Source: Eledone cirrhosa (taxonomy: Eukaryota). From it: DNA of 64,000 bases. The stretch spans positions 53,568,001 to 53,632,000 of the forward strand of contig OZ024749.1 of NCBI GenBank assembly GCA_964016885.1, read 5' to 3'. Of this stretch, positions 51,495-64,000 are shown in pieces. The first letter of the stretch is position 1. Each line of letters begins with the position of its first letter. The position numbers and the translations under genes are program-made. The notes beneath the pieces were generated by a model. It was not told the DNA's origin and ran no database searches. It worked only from the letters and a program-made list of their open reading frames with translations.

Positions 51495-54140
51495 ACATGC
51501 TTGCCCCATTTCTCTTCAGCCGTCGCATATCCTCTGCAGTTGCTGCCCAAGTCTCACTACCATGCAGCATCGCGCTCCTCACACAGGCATCATATAACCG
51601 GCCTTTTGTACGCAGGGAGAAACCCTTCGTCAGCAGCTCCCTAAACTTCTTCCAACCCACCCTTATTCTAGATACTATGGCCTCGGAAACCCCCCCTCCC
51701 ACGCTAATCTGATCTCCTAGGTACCGGAAGCTATCCACCACTTCTATAGCACCCGCCTGCATTTGAAAAATGTGTCTATCAATGCAGCTTCTACTGTCTA
51801 ATTTCCCTGTACATCTACTGCATTCGTATTTCTCCCTACCTGTTAGTTTGCCTGCTATCCCACTACATCTCTTGTGTACCCAGGATCAGCATTGTGTGCA
51901 TTTTATAGAATTTATGCCAGTTCCTTTTCTGCATATCGAACATGACCATTTCCCTGACGGAATCAGAGCTTTGTCCTCTTTTCTACTCATCAACACTTTT
52001 GTCTTAGCTAGGTTCACTCTCAGTCCTCTTGCTTCCAACTGCTGTTTCCATAGCCAGAATTTATTCTCTAGCTCCTCTACTGATTCTGTTATAAGAACCA
52101 GATCGTCAGCATAGAGAAGTTCCCATGGACTGCCAGTCTTAAACTCCTCTGTTATGGCTTGGACGACTATAATGAACAAGAGCAGGCTGAGAACTGAACC
52201 TTGATGTACTCCTACTTGTATCTCGAATTCCTCACTAAACTCCATTCCTACCCTGACTTTACTGATAGCAGCTCTGTACAAAGTTTGCAGTCCTCACAAG
52301 CCATTCCTCAACACGTAGTTTCCTTAGGGACCACCAGATGACAGATCGGGGTACCGTATCAAAGGCCTTCTCTAGGTCAAAAGCTAAGTATTGTGGCTTA
52401 TTCTTCTCTTAAGAACCTCTCTTGTAATTGTCTCACCAAGAAGAGGGCATCTGTTGTACTTTTCCCAGGCACAAAACCAAACTGCATCTCATCTAGTTTG
52501 ACCCTTCCTCTAATTAGTTGTGCTATCCTTTCTTCTACTTTCATAACCTGATCCATCAGTTTTATACCCCTATAATTGCTCCTCTCCAGAGCACCCCCTT
52601 TACCTTTGTAGCAATTTATGAGAATACTGCTGCACCAGTCTTTGGGTATGACACCGCCATATATAGCCTGATTGATGATGCGTGCAACCAGTTTAGTGCC
52701 TACATCCCCTGATGCCTTCAGCATCTCAACAATTATCCCCGACGGTCCAGCGGCCTTACCATTTTTCATTTCCTTAATCGCCTCTTGGACCCTATATTCG
52801 TCAATCTCAATAGCGGTGCCTCTGTCGGATCTACTGAGGGTAATTTCCTCTCTCCCATTCGTTCTCCACATTCATCACTCTCTCATAATGACATTTCCAA
52901 GCCTCCTTTTTCTGATCATTCATGACACTAAGTAGACCGGCATCATTCCGGAGACATTTATCTCCCACATCCTGATTTGCATTGACACACTGCCTTGCAA
53001 TGTGGAACACCACACGCCTCTGATCTTCCCGTCGCAGTAAGTTGTTACGTAAGAAATTTCAGTTATCATCTATGTCATACGACTCTAAATCGTCTTCTTT
53101 TTCGTCATACACATCTTGAAGGGCTTTCCTAAATTTGTATTTTAATGAAAGGTCTTTTAGCTTCCAGACCTTTCTTCTCCACACCTCCCTGTATGTCTCA
53201 TTCCGTCTCTTGCTTACTGAGATATCACTAACGACTAACCTATACTGTGGGGTGCATTCTTCCCCAGGTATTTGACACCACTGCCTATCACGCTGCCTAA
53301 CTAGCAAGAAGTCAATCTGGCTTATGTGCTCACCTGATTTGTAGGTTATTAGGTGTTTGGCAGGTTTCTGGAAGTTTGTGTACTTTCATCACAAAATTCA
53401 AGAAGTCTCACTCCTTTTTTTTCTTGAGCCGTAACCGAGCCCACCATGTACCCCAGTGTAACTATTCTGGAGCTGTCCAAAATGACCATTGAAGTCCCCT
53501 GCTAGCATAACGATGTCTCCGTCCTCTGTCATTGCAGCTGTTTGTAAAAGTTGCTCGTAAAAGCAGTCTTTCTCTTCTTTACCTAGGCTGGCTTGGGGAG
53601 CATAGGCAGAGATGATTGTCAGTAGTCTCCTGCCTTCAACTAATCATCATCATCATCTAAGCTTAATTATTCTATTATTAACTAACTACCTCTCTATTGT
53701 CTTATTGATCCATCTCTCAGCCAGGAAAATGCCTACTCCCCCTAACCCATCATCCTTACCTACCCAGAAAAACTTATAACTAAGATGTTTGCCTGCGATT
53801 AGTCTCACAGAGGCACCTCTCCATCTCACCTCTTGCACGCAGCACACATCCACATGCCTTCTCTCCAGCATCTCCGCTATTTCACCAGATCTACCTGTGA
53901 GAGTGCCAACATTAAGTGTTGCAACTATGAGTTGCGACATCTTCATATTTTTGTTGTTCCTTTTCCTGTAGTGCGATTGCTTGAAGATGGTCGGGGGGTT
54001 CTCGCACATGACCACACCAGCCACCCCACTATTGTGCGCAGCCCTAACATGGTTAGTGCTATTGCTGTTTACACCGTTATTGCGATATATATTTGTTGTT
54101 GTGCTCATAATTGTTTTGGCATTGATACACTGCTTGGATA
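51495..54140 (-). mobile_element. Decayed near-full-length RTE-type LINE (APE endonuclease + RT + PHD-like finger)
   Basis: ORF pieces: ATLNVGTL...CCVQEVRW (APE), GKAAGPSG...QFGFVPGKSTTDA, LLYADDL, KWSCSICRK; many frameshifts. Confidence 0.9.
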
Positions 54141-54171
54141 TATATATACACACATAATTACATATATATAT

Positions 54172-54214
<43 letters not shown>

Positions 54215-54296
54215 TATATATATACACACGCACATATATATATACACACACATATATATATATACACACACATATATATATATTTACACACATATA

Positions 54297-57200
54297 TCAT
54301 CATCATCGTTTAACGTCTATCTTCCACGCTAGCATGGGTTTAGACGGGAATTGTCCCACATGAGGCAAGATTGGTTGTCTTGCTCGTATAGGACTGTCTG
54401 GCAGGTTTTCTACGGCTGAATGCCCTTCCTAACACCAACCACATTTACAGTGTGGACTGGGAGGTTTTTACCATGTTACCTACACGGCCACATTACAGCG
54501 AGAACTGTTTTTTTTGTCGTGACACCTACACGACCTCATTTATTTAGGACTGGATGTTGGCGTACCAACATAACTTTACAGAGAAAGGGGTGGGTAGGGG
54601 TAGTGGGATGGGGGTGTATTTTTGGTTAAGAGGTACCTACTGACTGTAGGTTTCGTTTTGTACTTAGGCGAGGTGAGTCTTCTGTATTACTACATAGCGC
54701 CAAAGATCTTGGTCGAGTGACATTGTCTTGGAGAGGTGTAAGTGTGTAAGGTTGGAATTTATCAAATCGTCCCAGGTTTTTCTGGGTCTGCCATCTATTT
54801 TGATTGCCCTGCACTTTTTTATACAGCTGTCGTCTTTCATGCGCATCACGTGACCATACCAACGTAGTCTTCTCTCAAGTAAACAGCATCTGATCCCTCT
54901 TATCCCTAATTTCTCACTTAGTTCATTTTTGCTTTGCCGTTCACGTATATTACTATTACACATCCAATGGACCATGCAAGCTTCATTCCTCTCCAGTCTG
55001 CGCAGATCCTCTGCACACAACGCCCATGTCTCACTGCCATGTAACATTGCTGTTCGTATGCAGGCATCATACAGTCTGCCTTTCATTTTTAGGGAGAAAC
55101 CTTTAGCGGCCAATAGTGGTATAAGCTCTCTGAACTTTTTCCATCCCATTCTGACTCTAGCTACTCTACTTTCAGAGCACCCTCCACCACTGCAGATTTT
55201 GTCACACAGGTAACGGAAGGTGTCCACTATTTCTATAGAACCATCTGGGCAATGGAAGGAGCTAGTATCCTGTGGGCACTTGCTACAACTTATTGCACCT
55301 GAGCACCGGCCACATAAAATCGATGTTCTTAGACAAGTTAATTTTAAGGCCTTTTGATTCTAGGCCGTGCTTCCAAGTTTGGAATTTCTTCTCTAGTTTG
55401 GCCATTGATTCAGCTATGAGCATTGATTCAGCTATCTGCGTATAGGAGTTCCCATGGGCAGCCGGTCTTGAACTCCTCTATTATAGCCTGAAGGGCAATA
55501 ATAAATAGGAAGGGGCTAAGGATGGAGCCCTGATGAACACCAACTTTTACGCTAAACTCTTCACTATATTCGTTAATTCTAACCTTGCTGACTGTTTCTT
55601 TATACATGGCTTGTATAGCTCTCACAAGCCATTCATCAACACCTAGTTTTCTAAGAGCCCACCAGATAATGGAGCGGGGTACTCTGTCAAAGGCTTTCTC
55701 CAAGTCAACAAAAGCTAAGTATAGAGGTTTACTTTTAGCTAGGTACTTTTCCTGTAGTTGTCGTACAAGGAAAAGTGCGTCTGTGGTACTTTTACCTGAC
55801 ACAAACACAAACTGCATTTCATCTAAATCAATTTGCTCTCTGATTAGTTGTGCTATAACTTATTCTGTGACTTTCATCACCTGGTCAATTAATTTAATGC
55901 CTCTATAGTTTCCCCTATCTAGGGCATCTCCTTTACCCATGTAGCAGTTAATGATGATGCTGCTACGCCAGTCATTTGGTATGACCCCATTCTGTATGAC
56001 TTGGTTTACTATCCGGGAGACCATGGTGTGTCCCACCGATCCAGATGCTTTCAGCAACTATCTCTGAAGGCCCAGCTGCTTTGCCTGTCTTCATATCTTT
56101 GATTGCCTTACTTATTATACGACCTTCAACTTGCACTGCTGGTCCCTCTATTGGATCGATTTGGGGCAGACTATCTTTTTCCCACTTATTCTCCTCATTT
56201 AGTAGCCTCTCGTAGTGACACTTCCAAGCTACCTTCTTATCAGTATCAGTGATGGCAAGTATACCATCATCATTACGGACACACTTCTCCTCGACAATAT
56301 CATGGTTTTCCTTGACATTGTCTAGCAATCCTGAACACCTCACGTTTTTGGTCCTCGCGTTGTAGAACATGCTTGAACTTTCTTTCCTCTGCTTCCCTTC
56401 TTGCAAGGTACACTTGTCTCCTAGCTTCCGCCCTGGCCACTTGATAGTGTTCTCTACTTCCCCCATCCCGCCGTACTTTCCAAGCTTGCTTTTTGGCCTT
56501 GATTGACTCCTCCACCTTACTGTTCCACCACCAAGTTACTCTCCTCCTGCCTATAGGTCTGCTCCAGCCACAGATTTCATCTGTCGCCTTCAGCAGGTTA
56601 ACTTTCAGGAATTCGCACTGTTCCTCTATATTCTACAACTCTAATTGCTCTTCATTACTGTCAAAAGCATCAAGTAGTATGCTTTTAAATTTGTTACTGG
56701 CTGTGGGGTCCTTTAACTTCCATATTCTTCTTCTCAGGGTAGTCCTCTTCTGTTGTCAAGTACGTCTCGTCCTGACTATGAGTCACTAACTATGAGGCTA
56801 TGTTGGGAGGTGCATTCTTCGCAGGGGAAGGATTTAGTGTTTACAACCGACACTTTGTCACATCTTCTGGTAAGGATATAATCTATCTGACTGGTGTGTT
56901 CCCCTGATCTATAGGTGATCAAGTGATTGTCTTGTTTTTTGAAGTTTGTGTTGCAGGCAGATAGGTTATTTGCGTTACAGAATTCCAGAATTCTGAAGCC
57001 TTCCTCATTTCTGGTACCAAACCCGTAGCCTCCATGGATTCCGTCATAGCCGTCACAATGTTGTCCAACATGACCATTTAGGTCGCCAGCAATAATTATG
57101 TAGTCACTGTCGCTTAGTTAGGAGGTAGTGAGCATTAGCGACTCATAGAAGCTGTCATTTATAACATCAGGTAGACCAGATTGGGGTGCGTAAGCGGATA

Positions 57201-58030
57201 TTATTGACACAGTAGTTCTATTTAGGACAAGTCTTATTTTAATTATTCTGTCGTTCACTCTATTTACGTCTATTATCTTATTTGCCCATTTTTCTGCTAA
57301 CATGATTCCTACCCCACCCAGCGCATTTTCATTTCCCACCCAGAAAAGTTGATAGCATTGTTTTTTACCCACAATGTATCTAGCAGACCCACCCCTCCAC
57401 CTAGTCCCTTGGACGCAACAAGCATCAACTTCCTTACGCTTAAGCATCTCTACAACCTCGTTAGAGCGACTTTTAAAGTGCCTACATTCATGGTACCAAC
57501 TCTGAAGTTTGGGATTTTGTTTGGTGGGTGGAAGGAATGGGTTGGAGGTGTAGAGAGGGGTGAGGGAGATGGGGTTATGTTTGCCATCCGCGTCTGAAAT
57601 AATGAGGAATCCTTGCATTTTCGTCCGGCCACATGAGGTGAATTTATCTTTATCTTTGACATTGTCATTTGAGTGTCCAGATTCTTCGTACGCTCCAGAA
57701 TCCCACAGTCCATCTAGCATATCAAAGGGAACTAGGTTTAAACTTAAAGAGTGAATAGCTGAGGCAGTGGTTTTGTGTAAGAGTTTGGTAAGAGAGACGT
57801 ATAAGCAAATAAATTATGATTGGACCATCTAATAATGGTGGCGAGTGGGGGGGGGGGGGGATATGGGGAAGTTAACGAGAAGGTTATTTTTTTTAAAACT
57901 AAACCTACAAACAAACCTATAACAGTAATCAGTGTTTAAATATGAGAAGATTGTTTTTGAGGGTCTGACAGAATTAACAAATATAATTGAAAGCTTGGAT
58001 TCTAAGTAAATGAACCGTGTAAAATATGGA
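54297..58030 (-). mobile_element. Decayed near-full-length RTE-type LINE with an internal deletion
   Basis: APE (GTMNVGTL, ISAYAPQ), RT (LAFVDLEKAFDRV, LLYAD), thumb and 3' UTR/(CAT)n tail; 5' boundary approximate. Confidence 0.88.
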
Positions 58031-58692
58031 GAATATATACACATATATATACAGATATATATATACACATATATATATATACACACATATATATATACAC
58101 ATATATATACACACATATATATACACACATATATATATATATACACACATATATATATATACACACACATATATATATACACACACACATATATATACAC
58201 ACATATATATATACACACACATATATATAAATACACACACATATATATGTACACACATATATATACATGGCTTAGTGGTTAGAGCATTGGCCTTGCAATC
58301 GAAAGGTTGTGAGTTCAATTCTCAGACCGGGTGATGTGTTGTTTCCTTGAGCAAGACACTTTATTTCACATTGCCCCAGTTTACTCAGCTGTAGAAATGA
58401 GATGATAGGGACTGGGGTCCATATCATTCCACTGCAAAGTGGTCGTGCAGGTGCCACGGCAAAAAAGCACCCAGCACTCACTGTAAATGAGGTTGGTGTT
58501 AGGAAGGGCATCCAGCTGTAGAAATCAAGCCAGAATCAGTTCCCGTCGCACCCTTGCGAGCAGGGAAAAAGCGGACGTAAAATGAAATGATGATGATGAT
58601 GAATGATGATGAATGATGACATGTATCATCATCTCATCATCTTCGTTTAACGTCCATCTTCCACGAATATATATATATACACATATATATAT

Positions 58693-59490
58693 CTGGGAAA
58701 TGGCCATGCTCAGTGTGTAGGAAAGGAGTAGGCAGAAATTCCCTTTAATATCCCAAATGCAAAGTATGGGTGCATAAAAGATGTAGTGGGATCACAGGTA
58801 AGCTATCTAAGAACGTAGATTTTATATGTGGCAGGTGCTCAGGTGCAATAAGTAGCACCAAGTGCCCACAGAATACTAGCTCCTTCCATTGCCCAGATGG
58901 TTCTATAGAAATAGTTAACACCTTCTGTTACCTGGGTGACAAAACAGCAGTGGTGGTGGGTGCTCAGAAAGTACAGTAGCCAGAGTCAGAACGGGATGGA
59001 AAAAATTCAGACAGCGTATACCACTACTGGCCACTAAAGGTTTCTCCCTAAAAATGAAAGGCAGGCTGTATGTCACTGAACCGAGATCTTTGGCGCTACG
59101 CAGTAATACAGAAGACCCGCCTTGCCTAAGTACAAAGCAAAACCTACAGTCAGTAGGCACCTCTTAATCAAATATATACCCCCCTCCCACTACCCCAACC
59201 CCTATCTATGTAAAGTTATGTTGGTACCACAACATCCAGGCCGAAACAAATGAGGTTGTGTAGGTGTCACAACAACAAAAAAAACAGTCCACGCTGTAAT
59301 GTGGCCGTAACACGGTAAAAACCTCCCAGTCCACACTGTAAATGTGGTTGGTGTTAGGAAGGGCATCCAGCCGTAGAAAACCTGCCAGACAGTCCTATAC
59401 GAGCGAGACAACCAATCTTGCTTCAAGTGGGACAATTCCCGTCTAAACCCATGCAAGCGTGGAAGATGGACGTTAAACGATGATGATGAC
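58693..59490 (+). mobile_element. Internally deleted RTE-type LINE 3' fragment
   Basis: PHD region, jump to the ORF end, 3' UTR and (GAT)n tail. Confidence 0.8.
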
Positions 59491-59924
59491 ATATATACAC
59501 ATATATATATATATATACACATATATATATATATATATATATACGCATATATATACACACATATATATATATTCTCGGGTCTCAAATAGCAGGGAGGAGG
59601 TGAAATAAGAGGGGGAGTTGCAAAAAATGGGAGTGGGGAGCAGAAATCAGATTAAAACTCATAATCTGCCAGTCATGATGGGAGGGGACACCTTTCTTTT
59701 AGGCAGTTTCCATTATCATCATCAATGTCAACATCTTTACGTCTACCTTTCCATGCTGGAATCAGTGAAATGAGACATTTTCAGGTTTTCTACAGCTCGA
59801 TGTCATTCCTCATGCCAACCCAAACAATATTTATCAAGTATAGAATATCAGGACAGCAATAATGTGGGACATAGTCATTATGTGGGACAAAAACAAATGT
59901 AATTGCTTGCTTCAATAGACACAC

Positions 59925-60122
59925 ACGCGCTGAGATAGTTACACACAAACACATACACGCTGAGATAGTTACACACAAACACACATACGCTGAGATAGTT
60001 ACACACAAACACACATACGCTGAGATAGTTACACACAAACACACATACGCTGAGATAGTTACACACATACTCACACACGCTGAGATAGTTACACACAAAC
60101 TCACACACGCTGAAGTAGTTAC
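59925..60122. repeat. 30-bp minisatellite, about 6.5 copies
   Basis: cgctgagatagttacacacaaacacacata repeated. Confidence 0.9.
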
Positions 60123-60206
60123 ATGCTGATATAAAAACAAGTTTTCTTCCTAGAAACAAAATATGAACTAAATAAAACAAAATTTTACAAGAAATGTAAA
60201 CTAAAC

Positions 60207-60435
60207 CTTTTGGTTTGACTTGTAGAAAGGTTGGTTGAGGTTTTCGTTCATCATTGTTAATTGCTGTGATTGAAAATGTAAGTGTTTTGTTTGGGGGTAA
60301 ATTTCGAAATTCTTTACATAAAGAGCCTTTTATAAGGTGTTTAGGGTTTTCACAATTATCTGGTGAGTAATTTTCACCAATAATTTTAACACAATAACCC
60401 TTCAGAATACCATTTACTAATTCCAGTGGGACACT
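60207..60435 (-). CDS. Cytokine receptor-like gene, FN3 exon
   Basis: cag|SVPLELVNGILKGYCVKI...NLPPNKTLTFSITAINN...QVKPK|gtttag; NGxLxGY FN3 motif. Confidence 0.88.
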
Positions 60436-60903
60436 CTGAAAATATAAAATAAATACAAATGTAAAAAACATGTTTGATATCAACCCACTCAAAAACCAGC
60501 TTTGGTCCTATGAAACAAAACCATGCATTTTAAAGGATTCCTATTTAAGTTGAAGTCTTCCAACAGATATTTTTACCTTTTGTTAAATTACTATTACAAT
60601 CTTAATGAAAATATTACTAATTCCAATAAATCCTTCTAAATTCTTCCTTAATTAATTCATTTTGTCCACGGGACATAGTTGAAACAACACTGACTTAGGT
60701 GTAGAGTTTGTCACCCTGTCCCCTTGCCATTGAAACGCCACTCTGACTTAGGTGTAGAGTCTGTGTATTTCATTAGAAATATGTTAACTATCCTCTTCTT
60801 CAATCATTCTGCCATCAAAGGTGAAGCAAACTTCTTCTTCCAGATTTAATCAATTTCTCCCTCCCCCACAAAATTGTTGGCCTTGTGCCTAAATCAGAAA
60901 CTA

Positions 60904-60976
60904 TCATTTGTGGCCTAATGGATACGGTGTCAGCCTCCAAAGCTGAAGATTGTGGGTTCAAGTCCCATCAGAATCG
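60904..60976 (+). pseudogene. tRNA-Arg(CCG)-derived pseudogene
   Basis: GTGGCCTAATGGATAcGGtgTCAGCCTCCaaAGCTGaaGATTGTGGGTTCaAGTCCCATC follows the metazoan tRNA-Arg(CCG) body; acceptor stem only partly paired. Confidence 0.7.
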
Positions 60977-61398
60977 ATATGCAGAAGGTCTAATTTTCCT
61001 GACTTGAAACAGATCCATCTCTAGGCTATGGAACTTGAAGGATGGATGGGACGAGGAAGTGTGTGGGAGGGATGGGGGTATTCCAGAACATTCTAATTCA
61101 CAATAATTCTAAAGTGAAGTTATGGAATAAGATTATCACTGTAAATGTTTCTAAATTTGAGGGTAAAAACCATTGTAAAGTACGTGGGGATAGGGTTGTG
61201 CCTTTCACCGTACCCCCTCTCCTTGATCATAGGTCTTTCATTAGAAATATGGTAATGAAAGGGTGAACAATGTTCTTTACAAAGCCACCATAGATACACC
61301 ATGGATGTGAAAATAAAATTGATAAGAAGGGAATATATCAAAATGAGGAAGCGATACTGCTGCTGAATGAAAATGTTGAATATAGTTTCTTATCTTAC

Positions 61399-61493
61399 CT
61401 GCCAATAAATCACAATACATCTACTGTCTGGTTTATCAGAACAGTCCCTCTCATAATAACTTCCATTTGTAGTTCTGGGTGGGTAAGAAGGTG
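61399..61493 (-). CDS. Cytokine receptor-like gene, FN3 exon
   Basis: cag|PSYPPRTTNGSYYERDCSDKPDSRCIVIYWQ|gtaag. Confidence 0.85.
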
Positions 61494-61844
61494 CTGAAAG
61501 TGGTATGTAAAATTGGATAAGATTAATCAATGAGGCTATTAATAAGTTGTATGATGTTTAAGGGGTAGAAATGGCATCATTGTGAAATAGGAAAATACTG
61601 ATATAGAAACAACAGCTTTAGTATTTTCTTTCAAATGCATGGATGATGATCAGTGGGTGAAGAAGTGCCAGGAAATCCCAGCAGAAGGAAGTCACAGTAG
61701 AGGTAGACCAAGAAAGACCTGGGTGCAGGTGGTATTGAAAGTGATGATGATGATAGTAAATGAAGGTGATGAGATAAAATGGAAGAAAAAAAAGAAACAG
61801 TACAAAAACAAAAATGAAGTAAAAAAAAAAGTAAAAGATTGTAC

Positions 61845-61977
61845 CTGTTTCTGTTCTGAAAGACCTTGTTATCGGTTTGTTCCAGAAACCATTTTGAGGT
61901 TTAACCTTTACAGTAACATCGTATATTTGATAAGGAATCAAGTCTTTTAGGGTAACTCTATTGACATCACTCATTGT
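61845..61977 (-). CDS. Cytokine receptor-like gene, FN3 exon with degenerate WSXWS-like GFWNKP
   Basis: cag|TMSDVNRVTLKDLIPYQIYDVTVKVKPQNGFWNKPITRSFRTET|gtacaa. Confidence 0.88.
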
Positions 61978-62221
61978 CTGTTAGAGAATAAATAAAGAAT
62001 ATAGTAATAATGGTTTCTGATTTAGGCACAAGGTCAAAGGTCAACAATTTTTTACAGAGGGGGAAAATTCAATTAAATCGACCACAGTGCATTACTGGTA
62101 CTTTACGTTATTGACCCTGTAAGGATGAAAGGTAAAGCTAACTTCGGTGGGATTTGAACTCAGAACATAAATGGCTGTAACTCTATGTCGTAAAGCATGT
62201 TGGCCAACGCTTTACCAATCA

Positions 62222-62768
62222 TCTTTCATTAGAAATATGGTTAATGACACAGGCAGTGTCTTTCATTAAAAATATGGTAATGAAAGGGTTAATGACATAG
62301 ACAGTGTCTTTCATTAGAAATATGGTAATGAAAGGGATAATGACATAGACAGTGTCTTTCATTAGAAATATGGTTATCAAAGGGTTAATGACATAGACAG
62401 TGTCTTTCATTAGAAATATGGTAATGAAAGGGTTAATGACATAGACAGTGTCTTTCATTAGAAATATGGTAATCAAAGGGTTAATGACATAGACAGTGTC
62501 TTTCATTAGAAAATGGTAATGAAAGGGTTAAAGACATAGACAGTGTCTTTCATTAGAAATATGGTAATGAAAGGGTTAAAGACATAGACAGTGTCTTTCA
62601 TTAGAAATATGTTAATCAAAGGGTTAATGACATAGACAGTGTCTTTCATTAGAAATATGGTAATGAAAGGGTTAAAGACATAGACAGTGTCTTTCATTAG
62701 AAATATGGTAATGAACGGGTTAAAGACATAGACAGTGTCTTTCATTAGAAATATGGTAATGAAAGGGT
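62222..62768. repeat. 48-bp minisatellite, about 11 copies
   Basis: tctttcattagaaatatggtaatgaaagggttaatgacatagacagtg repeated (16-aa periodic ORFs). Confidence 0.92.
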
Positions 62769-62783
62769 AAAAAATTTAATTAC

Positions 62784-62956
62784 CGTCCAAAATCCTGTGT
62801 TACGAAATTCGGATTTGTATTTAATTTCATAGGTTAATTTTCTGATATTCCATTCAGGATTACCATTAGTCACCATTGTTAAATTAACATATTTTTTGAA
62901 AGGATCTGCTGATGGTAACGACTGGAATGTAATATCCTGTAGTGGTGGGAAGCGTA
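62784..62956 (-). CDS. Cytokine receptor-like gene, most 5' exon visible in the window
   Basis: cag|RFPPLQDITFQ...LTYEIKYKSEFRNTGFWT|gtaatt; phase-1 acceptor means further exons lie upstream. Confidence 0.82.
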
Positions 62957-63027
62957 CTGGAAAATAGAACAAAATAGAGATTAGACTGGATCCACGACAA
63001 CAACCATCATCATCAACGTTTAACAAA

Positions 63028-63862
63028 CGAGGTGTGTCAGAAAAGTTCCAGGACTGATGTCACAAAAGATTTATTTCAAACCCTAACTTCACACTAAGAG
63101 TTTTCTCCTTCAAAGTAATCCCCCTGGAGTCTAATGCACTTTTCCATCCTTTTCAGCCACGCTTGCATGCACTCCTGGAAGATTCTTCCGGGATCCTCCG
63201 CACTTCCGTCGTCACGGCCTTTTTGATGTTGTCCACGTCTTCAAAACGAGTCCCCTCCGGGTCGTACTCAAAGATCCATGACTCATCACCGGTGATGACT
63301 GTCCCTAGCAAGTCTGGTTCGGTTTCAAGACACTCAAGGATGTCCTGGCACACTTGCATGCGTCGACCCTTCTGGTCATCGTTCAGCAGTTTTGGCACCA
63401 TCTTCGCGCAGACTTTCCGCATGTCCAAATCTTTGTTTGAAAATCTTTCAGACGCTGTCCCGATTCATGTCCAGCTCATTTGCCATCAGTCGAACAGTCA
63501 GCCGACGATCGCTACGCACCGTCTGCCTGACGCGCTCAACGTTGACCTGGGGGTCATCTTGCACCACTCAAAAACATGTGAGCGTCACATCGTCTCATCT
63601 ACATACACTTGCTGCAGCAATCCCAGTGCTTCTGACGGAGTTTTCAAGTTTGTTCGTTGCTTTGTGCTCATTGCTTGACGACCTGAAACAGAGGACATGT
63701 ATAAAAAATTATGAAGAAAAAAGTTTGATCGCTGCAGAGAGCTAAGATTACAGTTACATACTCCAGGGGGATTACTTTGAAGGAGAAAACTCTTAGTGTG
63801 AAGTTTGGGTTTGAAATAAATCTTTTGTGACATGAGTCCTGGAACTTTTCTGACACACCTTG
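63028..63862 (-). mobile_element. Internally deleted mariner with about 103-bp TIRs, inserted in a SINE/LINE tail
   Basis: 63028-63130 is the inverse of 63760-63862; remnant MRKVCAKMVPKLL...VITGDESWIFEYDPE fused to GTRFEDV. Confidence 0.88.
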
Positions 63863-64000
63863 TACATTTCTCTGCACTAGCATGGTTTTGAAGAGTTGTC
63901 AAGTCATAGCAAATAACCATGTCTTGCTCATACAGAACTGTTTCTGGCTGGGTATCTATGGTTGGATGCACTTCCTAATGCCAACCACATTTACAGGTTG

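Overview
Repeat-rich, AT-rich animal genomic DNA with long (TA)n/(TACA)n tracts; probably an octopus or other coleoid cephalopod (inferred from repeat style, not proven). It holds three host genes. (1) An intronless-CDS, clade-B-like intracellular serpin (+, 2019-3173). (2) A 10-coding-exon mitochondrial carrier of the SLC25A30/SLC25A14 (KMCP1/UCP5) type (+, 13360-22336, 291 aa), whose last intron is a U12 minor-spliceosome intron. (3) The 3' part of a domeless/gp130-like FN3 type-I cytokine receptor (-, 62956 to 28134; the 5' end lies beyond the window). The rest is RTE-type LINEs carrying a PHD-like finger, tRNA-derived SINEs, two mariners, a Penelope-like GIY-YIG retroelement fragment, a probable solo LTR and minisatellites. 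The main signal outside the ORF track is at least ten foldable type-I hammerhead ribozyme motifs from about seven unrelated sequence families. Nearly all sit in short non-coding inserts inside (TA)n microsatellites, often as partial tandem units (469, 467 and about 335 bp) or fold-back inverted copies whose breakpoints lie at or near the ribozyme. This looks like a diverse set of microsatellite-targeted, Penelope-mobilised retrozyme-like elements. All folding was done by eye; activity and novelty are untested. The long Y/I/H/T- or Y/I/C/V/M-rich ORFs are microsatellite artefacts.
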